Below, piece by piece: positions 19,646 to 29,022 of a stretch of DNA of 58,854 nucleotides. Origin of the DNA: an uncultured Bacilli bacterium (GTDB taxonomy: Bacteria > Bacillota_I > Bacilli_A > RF39 > UBA660); NCBI GenBank assembly GCA_944358775.1, contig CALVRU010000005.1, positions 1-58,854 on the forward strand, read 5' to 3'. Numbering within the stretch: the stretch's first letter is position 1; every line of letters starts with the position of its first letter. The notes under the pieces are model-generated. The model worked only from the letters and a program-made list of their open reading frames with translations. It was not told the origin of the DNA and searched no databases. The translations under genes were made by a program, and so were the position numbers.

Positions 19646-20624
19646 ATGTTAGAAAAAAATAATATACAAATGATTAAAGAAATTAAAGATATAATTATTA
19701 GTAGTAGAAATAAAATTGCTTATGAAGTAAATAATACAATGTTACTAGCTTATTGGAATGTTGGTAGAATTATTGTTGAGAACGAGCAAAATGGAAATAT
19801 TAAAGCTGAATATGGTAAACAAGTCTTAAAGGAGCTTTCAAAAGAATTAAGAAAAATTTTAGGCTCTGGTTTTATACCCAAAACAACAGACACTGTCTGT
19901 TAAATTGAGCTGGTCACATTATTGTGAATTATTAAGTATTGAAAATGATGATGAAAGAAGTTTTTACGAAAAAGAATGTGTTAATTCAAATTGGAGTGTT
20001 AGAGAGTTAAAAAGACAATTAGAAACTTCATTATATGAAAGATTATTGTTATCTGATGGACAAAATAATAAAGAAAAAGTATATGAATTATCAAAAGTTG
20101 GGCAAACATTAGCCAAACCTGATGACATTTTGAAAGAGCCATATGTTTTTGAATTTTTAGATATTAAAGAACCAAAACCTATTTTGGAGAAAGATTTAGA
20201 AAGAAAATTAGTTCATCATATGGAAGAATTTTTACTTGAATTAGGTAAAGGATTTATGTTTGTGGGGACACAGCAAAGAATAACTTTAGGAAATATTCAT
20301 TATTATGTAGATATGGTTTTCTATAATAAAATATTAAAATGTTATGTTTTGATAGATTTGAAAATTGGTACTATGAAACCAGAATATGCGGGGCAAATGA
20401 ATATGTATTTAAACTACTATAATGCTGAAGTAAATGATGAATATGATAATAAACCAATAGGAATTATTCTTTGTAAGAGTAAAAAAGAAGTAGCTATGGA
20501 ATATGCTTTAGGTGGTTTATCTAATCATATTTTTGCTTCTACTTATACTTATTATATTCCTAATAAAGAACAATTAATTAGTGAAGTTGAAAAAGTATTA
20601 AATGAAACAGAGGCTAAAGACTAA
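19646..20624 (+). pseudogene. DUF1016/YhcG PD-(D/E)XK nuclease-family gene, frameshifted
   Basis: N-half (AYWNVG..IVE.EQ.G..KAEYG) and C-half (LSWSHY, KEPY.FEFL, FLLELGKGF.F, DMVFYN, IDLK, GQMNMY) in different frames; break near 19870. Confidence 0.88.
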
Positions 20625-20832
20625 TCATTGTATTAGGAAAATTGAAAGAAACTAACTAATTACAATAAAATTTATAATGATTTATTTTAAAGCATATTTG
20701 TGTTAAAATGTATATAGTGATTGATTTATATGTCAATTACCTTTGGTAAAAGTTGTAGATAACTTCCTCAACGGCACCAAATTGCAATTCGTTCGCTTGA
20801 ACTTAATAAAAATCAACCTAATGGTTGATTTC

Positions 20833-21851
20833 CTAAATTGAAATTTCAACCGCACCACATGGTGCGGCTTTTTTGATACAATAAAAGAGCCAACCCGGCA
20901 AGGAGGCTCTATATGAATTATACCCAATTAACGAAAGAAAAGAAAGCACAAATTGATATTTTACTAGAACAAGGATTGTCGATGAGAAAAGTTGCTTCTA
21001 TTCTCTCAATTAGCCATTCTACTATTTCTAGATATAAAGCGGGCATCTATAAAAAAAGAAAAATAAACATAGAAGAAAAATATGATATCTTTCTAAGATA
21101 TTTATATTCCCATTATGACTATAAAGTATGCTCAATAGAAATATGCGTATTTAAGTTTAAAAGAAATTATTGGAATGCAAAGTGTCCCTCTGTAAAACAA
21201 GTGTATAATTGGATCAATGAAGTCAAAGTAAAACTTTTGAAAAAAGACTTATGTTATAAAAAACATAGAAGTAGTAGAAGTAATATGATGAGTCATACGA
21301 AGTGGAATTTAGATAACAAAACAGTCCTTCCTATCCGTCTTAGACCCAAGTATATCAACAAACGAGATGAAATTGGGCATTTAGAGATCGACTCTATTCT
21401 GGGCAAAAGAAATGAGTATGGATCCATTCTCTCTATAGTGGATCGATGTTCCAGAAAAGTATGGTTAATTAAAGCAGAGTACAAAAATGAATATTATATC
21501 AATAAAACAATTTATGATTTTATGATAAGAAATGAAATTTTAGTAAAATCGATTACGGTGGATAATGGAATCGAATTTAGTGCACTAGGAATTACAGCCA
21601 AGAAGTTAGGAGTAAAACTTTATAAATGCGATCCATATTGTTCCTTTCAACGAGGAACGAATGAAAGAACAAACGCATTGGTAAGAAGATTCATACCAAA
21701 AGGAAGTTCAATGAAGTATGTTAGTCAATATTATCTTGATAATATCTGTTTTGAAATAAATAGTATGCCGAGAAAATTATTTGACTATAAATGTGCTTAT
21801 GATATAGAATTAAAATATAATTAAAGTGGTGCGGTTGAAATTACAATAAAG
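20833..21851 (+). mobile_element. IS30-family insertion sequence
   Basis: 26-bp imperfect terminal IRs (20833-20858 and 21826-21851, core AATTTCAACCGCACCAC); flanking 24-bp direct repeats 20808-20831 and 21852-21875. Confidence 0.92.
20913..21824 (+). CDS. IS30-family transposase
   Basis: YTQLT N-terminal HTH; GHLEIDS, DNGIEF, QRGTNERTN.LVRRFIPKG DDE motifs. Confidence 0.95.
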   Translation: MNYTQLTKEKKAQIDILLEQGLSMRKVASILSISHSTISRYKAGIYKKRKINIEEKYDIFLRYLYSHYDYKVCSIEICVFKFKRNYWNAKCPSVKQVYNWINEVKVKLLKKDLCYKKHRSSRSNMMSHTKWNLDNKTVLPIRLRPKYINKRDEIGHLEIDSILGKRNEYGSILSIVDRCSRKVWLIKAEYKNEYYINKTIYDFMIRNEILVKSITVDNGIEFSALGITAKKLGVKLYKCDPYCSFQRGTNERTNALVRRFIPKGSSMKYVSQYYLDNICFEINSMPRKLFDYKCAYDIELKYN

Positions 21852-21882
21852 AAAAATCAACCTAATGGTTGATTTTTTGCTT

Positions 21883-23127
21883 TTATAAAGTTAAATATTT
21901 AAAGTGGAAACACTTCTTTATTTTTATTATCATCCAAGAAACTAGATGTGTTATGATTAATACCATTAAAATATTGATATACGGATGATTACTAATAGTT
22001 GGAAATAATGATGCAACAATAAATATTATCATCGGATGAACTAAATAATAATATTTGGATAAATTACGGAATGGAAAATGATAATCTTGTTTCTTACTAA
22101 AATAGACAACAGAGATGAACAAATAATATGTAAGTGGGACACAAGATAACAATATATTGCTGTTTAAACGATTTGTGTCATGTAATAAAATCGCTTCAAA
22201 TACTAATAGAAAAATACAGATGACTAGTTTTTCAAAACAATATTTCGAATATAAATCTTTCTTTTTGCCCATCTGATAACCTAATACAACATAGAATAAG
22301 CCGAAAAACAAAAAGTTTCGGGTTGTGAAAAAGAAATGATAATAGAGCGATAATAATTGTTTTATACTGACCGGTAATACTCCATAATAAGTCTCAGTCG
22401 CACCAAATAATAGTAAAACAAAAGAAATTACGAGAAGATATTTTACATTCCATTTCTTCTTCCATTTTGCTAACACGACAAGTGACAAAATCAAGGCTGG
22501 AAAATACCATAGATGATAATACACGCCTGTATAAACAAGAGCGATCACAAGGGCAATTGGAATTAGCAGCACGATAATAGGAATCAAGAAATAAAAAGGA
22601 ATGTTGACATTGACGAGATAACTATTGATCAGTTCTACATTTTGAAGTACTGTTCCCAATAAGACCGGCAGATAAAGAGCACTCCATGTTAAATACAATG
22701 GTATTGTTTTTTTTATATATTCTTTTATATAATTCTCATGATCTTTTTCTTTTTTGGCGACAAAGTATCCAGTTATCAAAAAAAACATCGGTACGCATAT
22801 CCGAGTAATAATGTTATTAAAAGCAAGATCTAATTCATTCGAAAAATTTTGAAATGGTCTTAAGTGTAATGCGATAATTAATATGGCACAGATATATTTT
22901 AAAATATCGATATTTTTATAATTAAGTTGCTGATTTTGGTGATTTTTATCTATTTTGTTTTGAATAAAGATGGCAAAGAAACTGAATATTATAATGAGAC
23001 ATATTAACACAAGTGGACGACCGAGATTATTTTCTGGTTGTAAAACATTGATTGCTTTTAAGAATAAGATCAATATTGCAACAATCATTATGATCATAAT
23101 CTCTTTTTTCCGCTTCATACCTATCAC
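21883..23127 (-). CDS. Acyltransferase-3 family membrane protein
   Basis: NIDILKYICAILII.LH, R.CVP.FF.ITGYF, YHLWYFPAL, S..YYLVHP. Confidence 0.85.
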   Translation of the reverse strand: MIGMKRKKEIMIIMIVAILILFLKAINVLQPENNLGRPLVLICLIIIFSFFAIFIQNKIDKNHQNQQLNYKNIDILKYICAILIIALHLRPFQNFSNELDLAFNNIITRICVPMFFLITGYFVAKKEKDHENYIKEYIKKTIPLYLTWSALYLPVLLGTVLQNVELINSYLVNVNIPFYFLIPIIVLLIPIALVIALVYTGVYYHLWYFPALILSLVVLAKWKKKWNVKYLLVISFVLLLFGATETYYGVLPVSIKQLLSLYYHFFFTTRNFLFFGLFYVVLGYQMGKKKDLYSKYCFEKLVICIFLLVFEAILLHDTNRLNSNILLSCVPLTYYLFISVVYFSKKQDYHFPFRNLSKYYYLVHPMIIFIVASLFPTISNHPYINILMVLIITHLVSWMIIKIKKCFHFKYLTL

Positions 23128-23762
23128 TCATTCTTTTATTTTTTATTATTTTATTATATCACGTATTTGAGTAAAGCTGTACAGAAATCACGATTGTGTG
23201 GTCTTCTTTTTCTTCTTTATAAAATAATATGCTGCCGCCCCACCGCCTCCTAATAGAACGATGGTGCCTAATAGATTTCCATTTTCTTCTTCGTATCTAC
23301 AACTATTATTATCCACAGTAGCAAGTTTGTTATAATTGATCGCTTGCTTATCCGTGCATCCATATATGATGTTAGGGGTTGGTGTAACTTGCGGAGTCTT
23401 CGTTGGTGTTGGTGTAGGCGTCGGTGTTGGAGTTGGGGCTGGTGTCGATGGAACGACTGGCTTTTTGGTTGGTGATGTTCCTTGATTATTTCCAGTTGGG
23501 TTATAACCACGACATTTATCCATCGATTGATAAGTACAAGATGATCCCAACCAACCATCATTACAGACGACTCTCCCATCTTGCTGAATTCTAGTGCAGT
23601 CTACCCCACCGTGACCAGAACAACATCCTTTTGCGGCCAAAACATTCATCGGTGCAAAAAAAAGAATCAAAATACTTCCTAGTAAATAACTGTACTTCAT
23701 AAATACCTCCAAAAAGGGCTTGCATCAAAAACGAAAGTCTGATACAAGCCCTTTTGTTAAAT
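23080..23762. repeat. 683-bp direct repeat, copy 1 (copy 2 at 25610-26292)
   Basis: Offset 2530 bp; four transitions within the first 70 bp, remainder identical by eye. Confidence 0.95.
23188..23700 (-). CDS. Secreted Cys-rich protein with PT linker and C-terminal TM, copy 1
   Basis: Signal peptide, GCCSGHGGV.C...CNDG motif, (PT)n linker, GCTD..A.NY..A..DN.SC module, TM plus Lys tail; start at ATG after GGAGG. Confidence 0.85.
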   Translation of the reverse strand: MKYSYLLGSILILFFAPMNVLAAKGCCSGHGGVDCTRIQQDGRVVCNDGWLGSSCTYQSMDKCRGYNPTGNNQGTSPTKKPVVPSTPAPTPTPTPTPTPTKTPQVTPTPNIIYGCTDKQAINYNKLATVDNNSCRYEEENGNLLGTIVLLGGGGAAAYYFIKKKKKTTQS

Positions 23763-24140
23763 TTATTTTAATACAAGTTGTTTGTATGTATCTCTTACAA
23801 GCATTTCTTCAGAAGTATGAACATAATTTTCTGATGAAAATTCTAAAAGTTTTTTTAACTCTTCTAAAGCTAAACCGTCTAATGCTGCTAATGTTAAATC
23901 ATATCCGTTTCCATACCAACGACGATTAATACTCTTTGGATCATCTTTATCTCTCTCATAAGATGGATTATCGTTTAAAAAATCTTCGTAACTATCATAA
24001 GCCTTGTCACCATGTCCAGCTTTAATGTCATCAGGCTTAGTATATTCATAACGTCTAACAGTACCGTCATCTTTAATTTCTGTTTTTGCTACTACTTCTC
24101 CAGTTTCATCATCTGCACTAAACCAAAAACTTTTTGCCAT
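23763..24140 (-). CDS. Hypothetical acidic protein
   Basis: 125-aa ORF with GGGAGG RBS, coupled to the upstream ORF. Confidence 0.7.
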   Translation of the reverse strand: MAKSFWFSADDETGEVVAKTEIKDDGTVRRYEYTKPDDIKAGHGDKAYDSYEDFLNDNPSYERDKDDPKSINRRWYGNGYDLTLAALDGLALEELKKLLEFSSENYVHTSEEMLVRDTYKQLVLK

Positions 24141-24141
24141 T

Positions 24142-24414
24142 CTATTTCACCTCCCTTACATCTATATAATCAATGACATTGTTTGAAGTATCATCGATTA
24201 TTTCAATTCGATAAAATTCAGGTATAAAACCTTTGTAAGCTCGAACTGCTAATTCTAATATTTTTTTTGTTGTCATGTTTTTCTCGCTTAATTTATCAAA
24301 TTCATCCCAGTCTAATAAACCATCAAAATCATTATAAAGTGCTGTTGGACGAACAGCATGTCCACCACTTAAAACATTTGTCCCGTCTTTATAATAAAAT
24401 TTAAACCTGTACAT
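24142..24414 (-). CDS. Hypothetical protein
   Basis: 90-aa ORF with AAGGAG RBS. Confidence 0.7.
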   Translation of the reverse strand: MYRFKFYYKDGTNVLSGGHAVRPTALYNDFDGLLDWDEFDKLSEKNMTTKKILELAVRAYKGFIPEFYRIEIIDDTSNNVIDYIDVREVK

Positions 24415-24455
24415 ATAAACATCTCCTTCTATTTTAATTATATATTGATTTGTTA

Positions 24456-25355
24456 TTAAAGCATACTGGTTATTTTCCTTTTGATTAATTGTCTATCTTG
24501 ACAATTATCCATAGTTATTTCAGTTTCTCTTAATAAATTTTCAATTTGTATCTTACCTAATAATACTTCGTTACTTCTTGAAATAATATTATTTTTATCA
24601 TTACTAGATCCACATAGATATCTATCAAATAATTTTTCGGCCTCTAAAATAGAAATAATCCCCATTGATAATTTAGTTTTATTGTATAAAGATAATGTTT
24701 TATCTTTATAATTGTTTATTGCTTTAAATAGTCTTATAAATCTTAATTTCTCATTAGTTTTTAGAGTTTCGTAATTATCATTCATATATAAAGCAGTTAA
24801 TTTATCAAAAAATATGGGTAATACTTCGCTGTGAATATAATTATTTACTCCATTATTATACTCTAACTGCAAATGAACTATTTCATGAGCATATATACCA
24901 GGTGTTAATATAGACAATTTACTAGTCAATACAAACTCAGTAAAAACGATTTCTTTTATTTCTTCGGCATTTCCTAAAAAAATCGGGTTGCAATAACCTC
25001 CCTCAAAATCCAACTTATTATCAAACAATATGGGAACATTAAATGGTTTAATATTATCTATATATTTTTTAACTAAATTTATAAATGAATTTAAATCTAA
25101 TTCTTGAATTTTACTTATAAACTCAAGTTTTTGTAATAGATCATAATTGATAAATGGGATTGGGGTCAAATTAAAAGAATTGTCTAAAAATGGGAGTTTA
25201 CCTTTATATAGTAGATCGCTAATATTGCTATCTGTTAATTGTGATATTCTAGGTTTTTTTAAATCTTTTAACATATCAGCAATATCTAGCAAATCAGAAG
25301 TTAAAGATATCGGCTGAACAGTATAATATGTTTTACTTTTAAAACTATTTTCCAT
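24456..25355 (-). CDS. Hypothetical protein with HEXXH motif (possible zinc metallopeptidase fold)
   Basis: YAHEIVH followed by a downstream Glu (HSEVLP); GGGAG RBS. Confidence 0.6.
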   Translation of the reverse strand: MENSFKSKTYYTVQPISLTSDLLDIADMLKDLKKPRISQLTDSNISDLLYKGKLPFLDNSFNLTPIPFINYDLLQKLEFISKIQELDLNSFINLVKKYIDNIKPFNVPILFDNKLDFEGGYCNPIFLGNAEEIKEIVFTEFVLTSKLSILTPGIYAHEIVHLQLEYNNGVNNYIHSEVLPIFFDKLTALYMNDNYETLKTNEKLRFIRLFKAINNYKDKTLSLYNKTKLSMGIISILEAEKLFDRYLCGSSNDKNNIISRSNEVLLGKIQIENLLRETEITMDNCQDRQLIKRKITSML

Positions 25356-25609
25356 AACATAATTCTCCCATTATTTAAAATACTATTTTATATGCTATCA
25401 CCACAAGTTAATATTTTCAAATTCTTTATAATTTTACCCAAGAAATCACCATTTTTTATTCAAGTATGGCATTTTAGTTAGTTTATAAGCTCCCTTTTGT
25501 ATTTTATCTACTTGCGATTTTTTTGTTTTATATCTTTATTTAGGATGAATTATTGATAGAAAAAGTATTTAATTAAAAACTAATTTATGGAGAACATATG
25601 GATTCACCG

Positions 25610-26292
25610 AACAATCATTATGATCGTAATCTCTTTTTTCCACTTCATACCTATCACTCATTTTTTTATTTTTTATTACTTTATTATATCACGTATTTGA
25701 GTAAAGCTGTACAGAAATCACGATTGTGTGGTCTTCTTTTTCTTCTTTATAAAATAATATGCTGCCGCCCCACCGCCTCCTAATAGAACGATGGTGCCTA
25801 ATAGATTTCCATTTTCTTCTTCGTATCTACAACTATTATTATCCACAGTAGCAAGTTTGTTATAATTGATCGCTTGCTTATCCGTGCATCCATATATGAT
25901 GTTAGGGGTTGGTGTAACTTGCGGAGTCTTCGTTGGTGTTGGTGTAGGCGTCGGTGTTGGAGTTGGGGCTGGTGTCGATGGAACGACTGGCTTTTTGGTT
26001 GGTGATGTTCCTTGATTATTTCCAGTTGGGTTATAACCACGACATTTATCCATCGATTGATAAGTACAAGATGATCCCAACCAACCATCATTACAGACGA
26101 CTCTCCCATCTTGCTGAATTCTAGTGCAGTCTACCCCACCGTGACCAGAACAACATCCTTTTGCGGCCAAAACATTCATCGGTGCAAAAAAAAGAATCAA
26201 AATACTTCCTAGTAAATAACTGTACTTCATAAATACCTCCAAAAAGGGCTTGCATCAAAAACGAAAGTCTGATACAAGCCCTTTTGTTAAAT
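25610..26292. repeat. 683-bp direct repeat, copy 2
   Basis: Includes the leader hairpin, the secreted-protein gene and the mutated 5' end of the acyltransferase gene. Confidence 0.95.
25718..26230 (-). CDS. Secreted Cys-rich protein with PT linker, copy 2
   Basis: Protein identical to 23188..23700. Confidence 0.85.
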   Translation of the reverse strand: MKYSYLLGSILILFFAPMNVLAAKGCCSGHGGVDCTRIQQDGRVVCNDGWLGSSCTYQSMDKCRGYNPTGNNQGTSPTKKPVVPSTPAPTPTPTPTPTPTKTPQVTPTPNIIYGCTDKQAINYNKLATVDNNSCRYEEENGNLLGTIVLLGGGGAAAYYFIKKKKKTTQS

Positions 26293-26355
26293 CCATTTTA
26301 ACATAAATTACCAAAATTTACCATTTTTTGACAAAAAAAGGAGAATTCTCCTTTT

Positions 26356-27789
26356 TTATAAAATATTTTTCAATACGATTGTCTTCGTGTGCGACATTTC
26401 TTTTAATGTCGTCAAGACGCCTTCATTTCCGATACCGGAATGTTTCCAGCCACCGAATGGCATCTCAAATGAACGATAGAAACTAGAACCATTGATTACT
26501 GCTCCTCCTACTTCTAATTTCCGAGCAACTTCAAATGCCTTTTTCATATCCTTCGTAATCACGTTTCCACATAAACCATAATGAGATTGGTTGGCAATTC
26601 GAATCGCATCTTCGACATCATCAAAACCAATTACGGAAATAACTGGACCGAAGATTTCCATATCTTTCGCTACTTCCATCGTTTCATTGACATCATCTAA
26701 AATAGTCGGTTCATAAAATGCACCATTTCGTTTACCACCAATAATGATCTTAGCACCTTCTGAAACGGTTTGGTTTACTTGTTCTTCGACTCGAATCGCT
26801 GCATTTTCATTAATCAAACAACCGATTTTCGTCGTTGGGTCCATCGGATTTCCTTGTTTTAGCGTTTTTATTTTTTCGACCATTCGATCGATAAACTCTT
26901 GTTTTCTCGAATTGTGAATTAAGAAACGTTTGCTAGCACAACATACTTGTCCTGTATTGTAAAGTCTACCCCATACGGTTTCTTCTACCGCAAGATCCAT
27001 ATCGCCATCTTCTAAGAAAATGAATGCATCATTTCCCCCTAACTCGAGCATAACATGCGTTAAGTTTTTACTGCAGGTTGCCATCGTTTCCATACCCGCA
27101 GCAGTCGATCCCGTTAAACTGACAAGATCTACTCCTTCATGAGCAGCAAGTCCTTGACCGACCGTTTTACCATCGCCATGAAGAACTTCGGCAGCACCAA
27201 TTGACACGCCGGCTTTAATCAACAAATACACTAGTTTGGTCAAAGTCAATGGATTATATGTCGACGGTTTTACAATGACCGCATTTCCCATCATAAGTGC
27301 ACTTGGTACTTTTTGACCAAATAGATCACATGGGAAATTAAATGGAATAATTGCAGCGACGACGCCAAGTGGTTCTTGGACTGTTATTTGAATCGTTTTT
27401 TCCTGTCCTATTTCTTGACCGGCTGGGATCGCTTCGCCATATAAATGCTTTGCTCTTTCGACAAAGGCTGGAACACTGATTTGTAAATTGGCAATTTCCG
27501 CAATTGCTTCGGTAATTGGTTTTCCCGTTTCTTGGCATAAAAGTTGAGCAAGACTATCTTTTTCTTCTTCAACTAACTTAGCAAAATTCATTAAAATCTT
27601 GCCTCGTTCATGAATTGGTTTTTTGGCCCATTCTTTTTGGCCTTCACGAGCAGCAATTACTGCTGCATCGACATCTTCTAATGTCGAATTAGGAATGGTA
27701 TCGATCAATACACCTGTAGCCGGATTGATGACATCAATCGTTTTTCCATCTGAAGCGTTAAGCCATTTATTTCCGATTAAATTTTTCAT
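26356..27789 (-). CDS. NAD(P)-dependent aldehyde dehydrogenase (lactaldehyde dehydrogenase-like)
   Basis: PFNFP, KPS, TGSTAAG, LELGGND, GQVCCA, EIFGPV, PFGG.K.SG.G.EG. Confidence 0.93.
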   Translation of the reverse strand: MKNLIGNKWLNASDGKTIDVINPATGVLIDTIPNSTLEDVDAAVIAAREGQKEWAKKPIHERGKILMNFAKLVEEEKDSLAQLLCQETGKPITEAIAEIANLQISVPAFVERAKHLYGEAIPAGQEIGQEKTIQITVQEPLGVVAAIIPFNFPCDLFGQKVPSALMMGNAVIVKPSTYNPLTLTKLVYLLIKAGVSIGAAEVLHGDGKTVGQGLAAHEGVDLVSLTGSTAAGMETMATCSKNLTHVMLELGGNDAFIFLEDGDMDLAVEETVWGRLYNTGQVCCASKRFLIHNSRKQEFIDRMVEKIKTLKQGNPMDPTTKIGCLINENAAIRVEEQVNQTVSEGAKIIIGGKRNGAFYEPTILDDVNETMEVAKDMEIFGPVISVIGFDDVEDAIRIANQSHYGLCGNVITKDMKKAFEVARKLEVGGAVINGSSFYRSFEMPFGGWKHSGIGNEGVLTTLKEMSHTKTIVLKNIL

Positions 27790-27799
27790 GAATTTCCTC

Positions 27800-28999
27800 C
27801 TATTCTGAGAATCCTGTAAAGGATAACATCAAACCACCGCATGTATTAGCAGAATGTTCTTTATAACCATATTCTCCAAATGTAAAGGCAACAAGGAACG
27901 GTTTATCTTTCGCCACTTTACAGATTTCATTGTAAATTTCATTTTCTCTATGTTCCATAGCAATTCCCAAACGTCTACCACCACAATGAACTAAGAAATA
28001 GCCAACTGGTTCTTTTTTCATCATGTTATTTAAATCACTCAATGCTTTGCTGTTTGAGGCAATTAGTTCATCGACAGTAGCTTCCATTTGAATGACGGTC
28101 GTTTTGGTAACTAGATTGTTTCCTAAATTCATTACATCATCATCTGTAACAATCGTATTCATGTCATCACCGAACATAGGATGACGAATTACCGTTAAAT
28201 TACCGATTGGATCTTTCATTCCTAAGGGTTTTGTAATCGATGCTGTTAGTAGATTTGACCCCTTTAATTCTTCTGGAGTACTATGAATCCATTCTGCATA
28301 TTTCTTTAAAGCAGAAACACCGTCGATTTTTACTAAAGTTCTATGATCTCTTACTTCTGTAATTGTTCCAAAGTTTTCGGTTTCTCGATATTCGCCGGTG
28401 TAATTTGTCTTACATTCGTTGTTGGCATAGAAGAAAGCGACTGCACAACCATCACTAAATACTTTGTCATTGGTAATGATCGACCACTTACCTTCAACAG
28501 TATTATCGGCACAGCTTCCACCAAACATCGGAACGCGACCAATGACATCTTGAATTCCTTTTAAATATTCTTCTTCCTCTTTTGGACTTGCAATCATGCA
28601 AAAATAATTTGGAACTTTTTTCACACCAGCATTTTTAATTGCTTCCCGAGCAAGTTTTTTACCTACTTCACGTGGGTTATCTACTCTTTCGGAAGCAGCA
28701 GTACCAACAATTAGGTCATTTCCTTCGAAACTCATCATACCAGAATAACCAGTTTCGTTTCCTAAATAACCTGCCCCACTTACAACAATTGCTGCAGAAG
28801 AAGTACAACCGATAAATGGCATGTTACCGCTTACTTCTTTCACTCCTTCTATAATTGCATGTTGATCCTGAACACATGATGTAAATAATAATCCTAACTT
28901 CGTATTGGCAGTAGTTGCCATCCGAGCTGTCTCTACCCCTGATAATTTTGCATCTTGATTGGTACTATATCCAACTTTTGTTTGAAACATATTTTTCAC
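27800..28999 (-). CDS. FIST N/C domain protein
   Basis: GCTSS, GGSCAD, HCGGRR, FTFGEYG and terminal N.CGG motifs. Confidence 0.85.
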   Translation of the reverse strand: MKNMFQTKVGYSTNQDAKLSGVETARMATTANTKLGLLFTSCVQDQHAIIEGVKEVSGNMPFIGCTSSAAIVVSGAGYLGNETGYSGMMSFEGNDLIVGTAASERVDNPREVGKKLAREAIKNAGVKKVPNYFCMIASPKEEEEYLKGIQDVIGRVPMFGGSCADNTVEGKWSIITNDKVFSDGCAVAFFYANNECKTNYTGEYRETENFGTITEVRDHRTLVKIDGVSALKKYAEWIHSTPEELKGSNLLTASITKPLGMKDPIGNLTVIRHPMFGDDMNTIVTDDDVMNLGNNLVTKTTVIQMEATVDELIASNSKALSDLNNMMKKEPVGYFLVHCGGRRLGIAMEHRENEIYNEICKVAKDKPFLVAFTFGEYGYKEHSANTCGGLMLSFTGFSE

Positions 29000-29022
29000 T
29001 CCTTTTTCTTCTTTTCTTTTTT

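Larger units (their letters stand above)
16884..21875. mobile_element. AT-rich genomic island remnant at the 3' end of tRNA-Ala(CGC)
   Basis: Abrupt shift to AT-rich sequence after the tRNA CCA; repeated att-like motif; VirD4-like, DUF1016 and IS30 genes; no integrase seen; right boundary uncertain. Confidence 0.7.

Noticed and set aside
23370-23450. GGTGTT-type short repeats as a CRISPR or DNA-level array
   Set aside because: They encode a Pro-Thr linker. No CRISPR array or cas gene was seen in the window.
23711-23762. Hairpin with ATTTAAC/GTTAAAT as an integron attC site
   Set aside because: Only one core box matches, the complementary GTTRRRY is absent on the other arm, and there is no integron integrase or further array.
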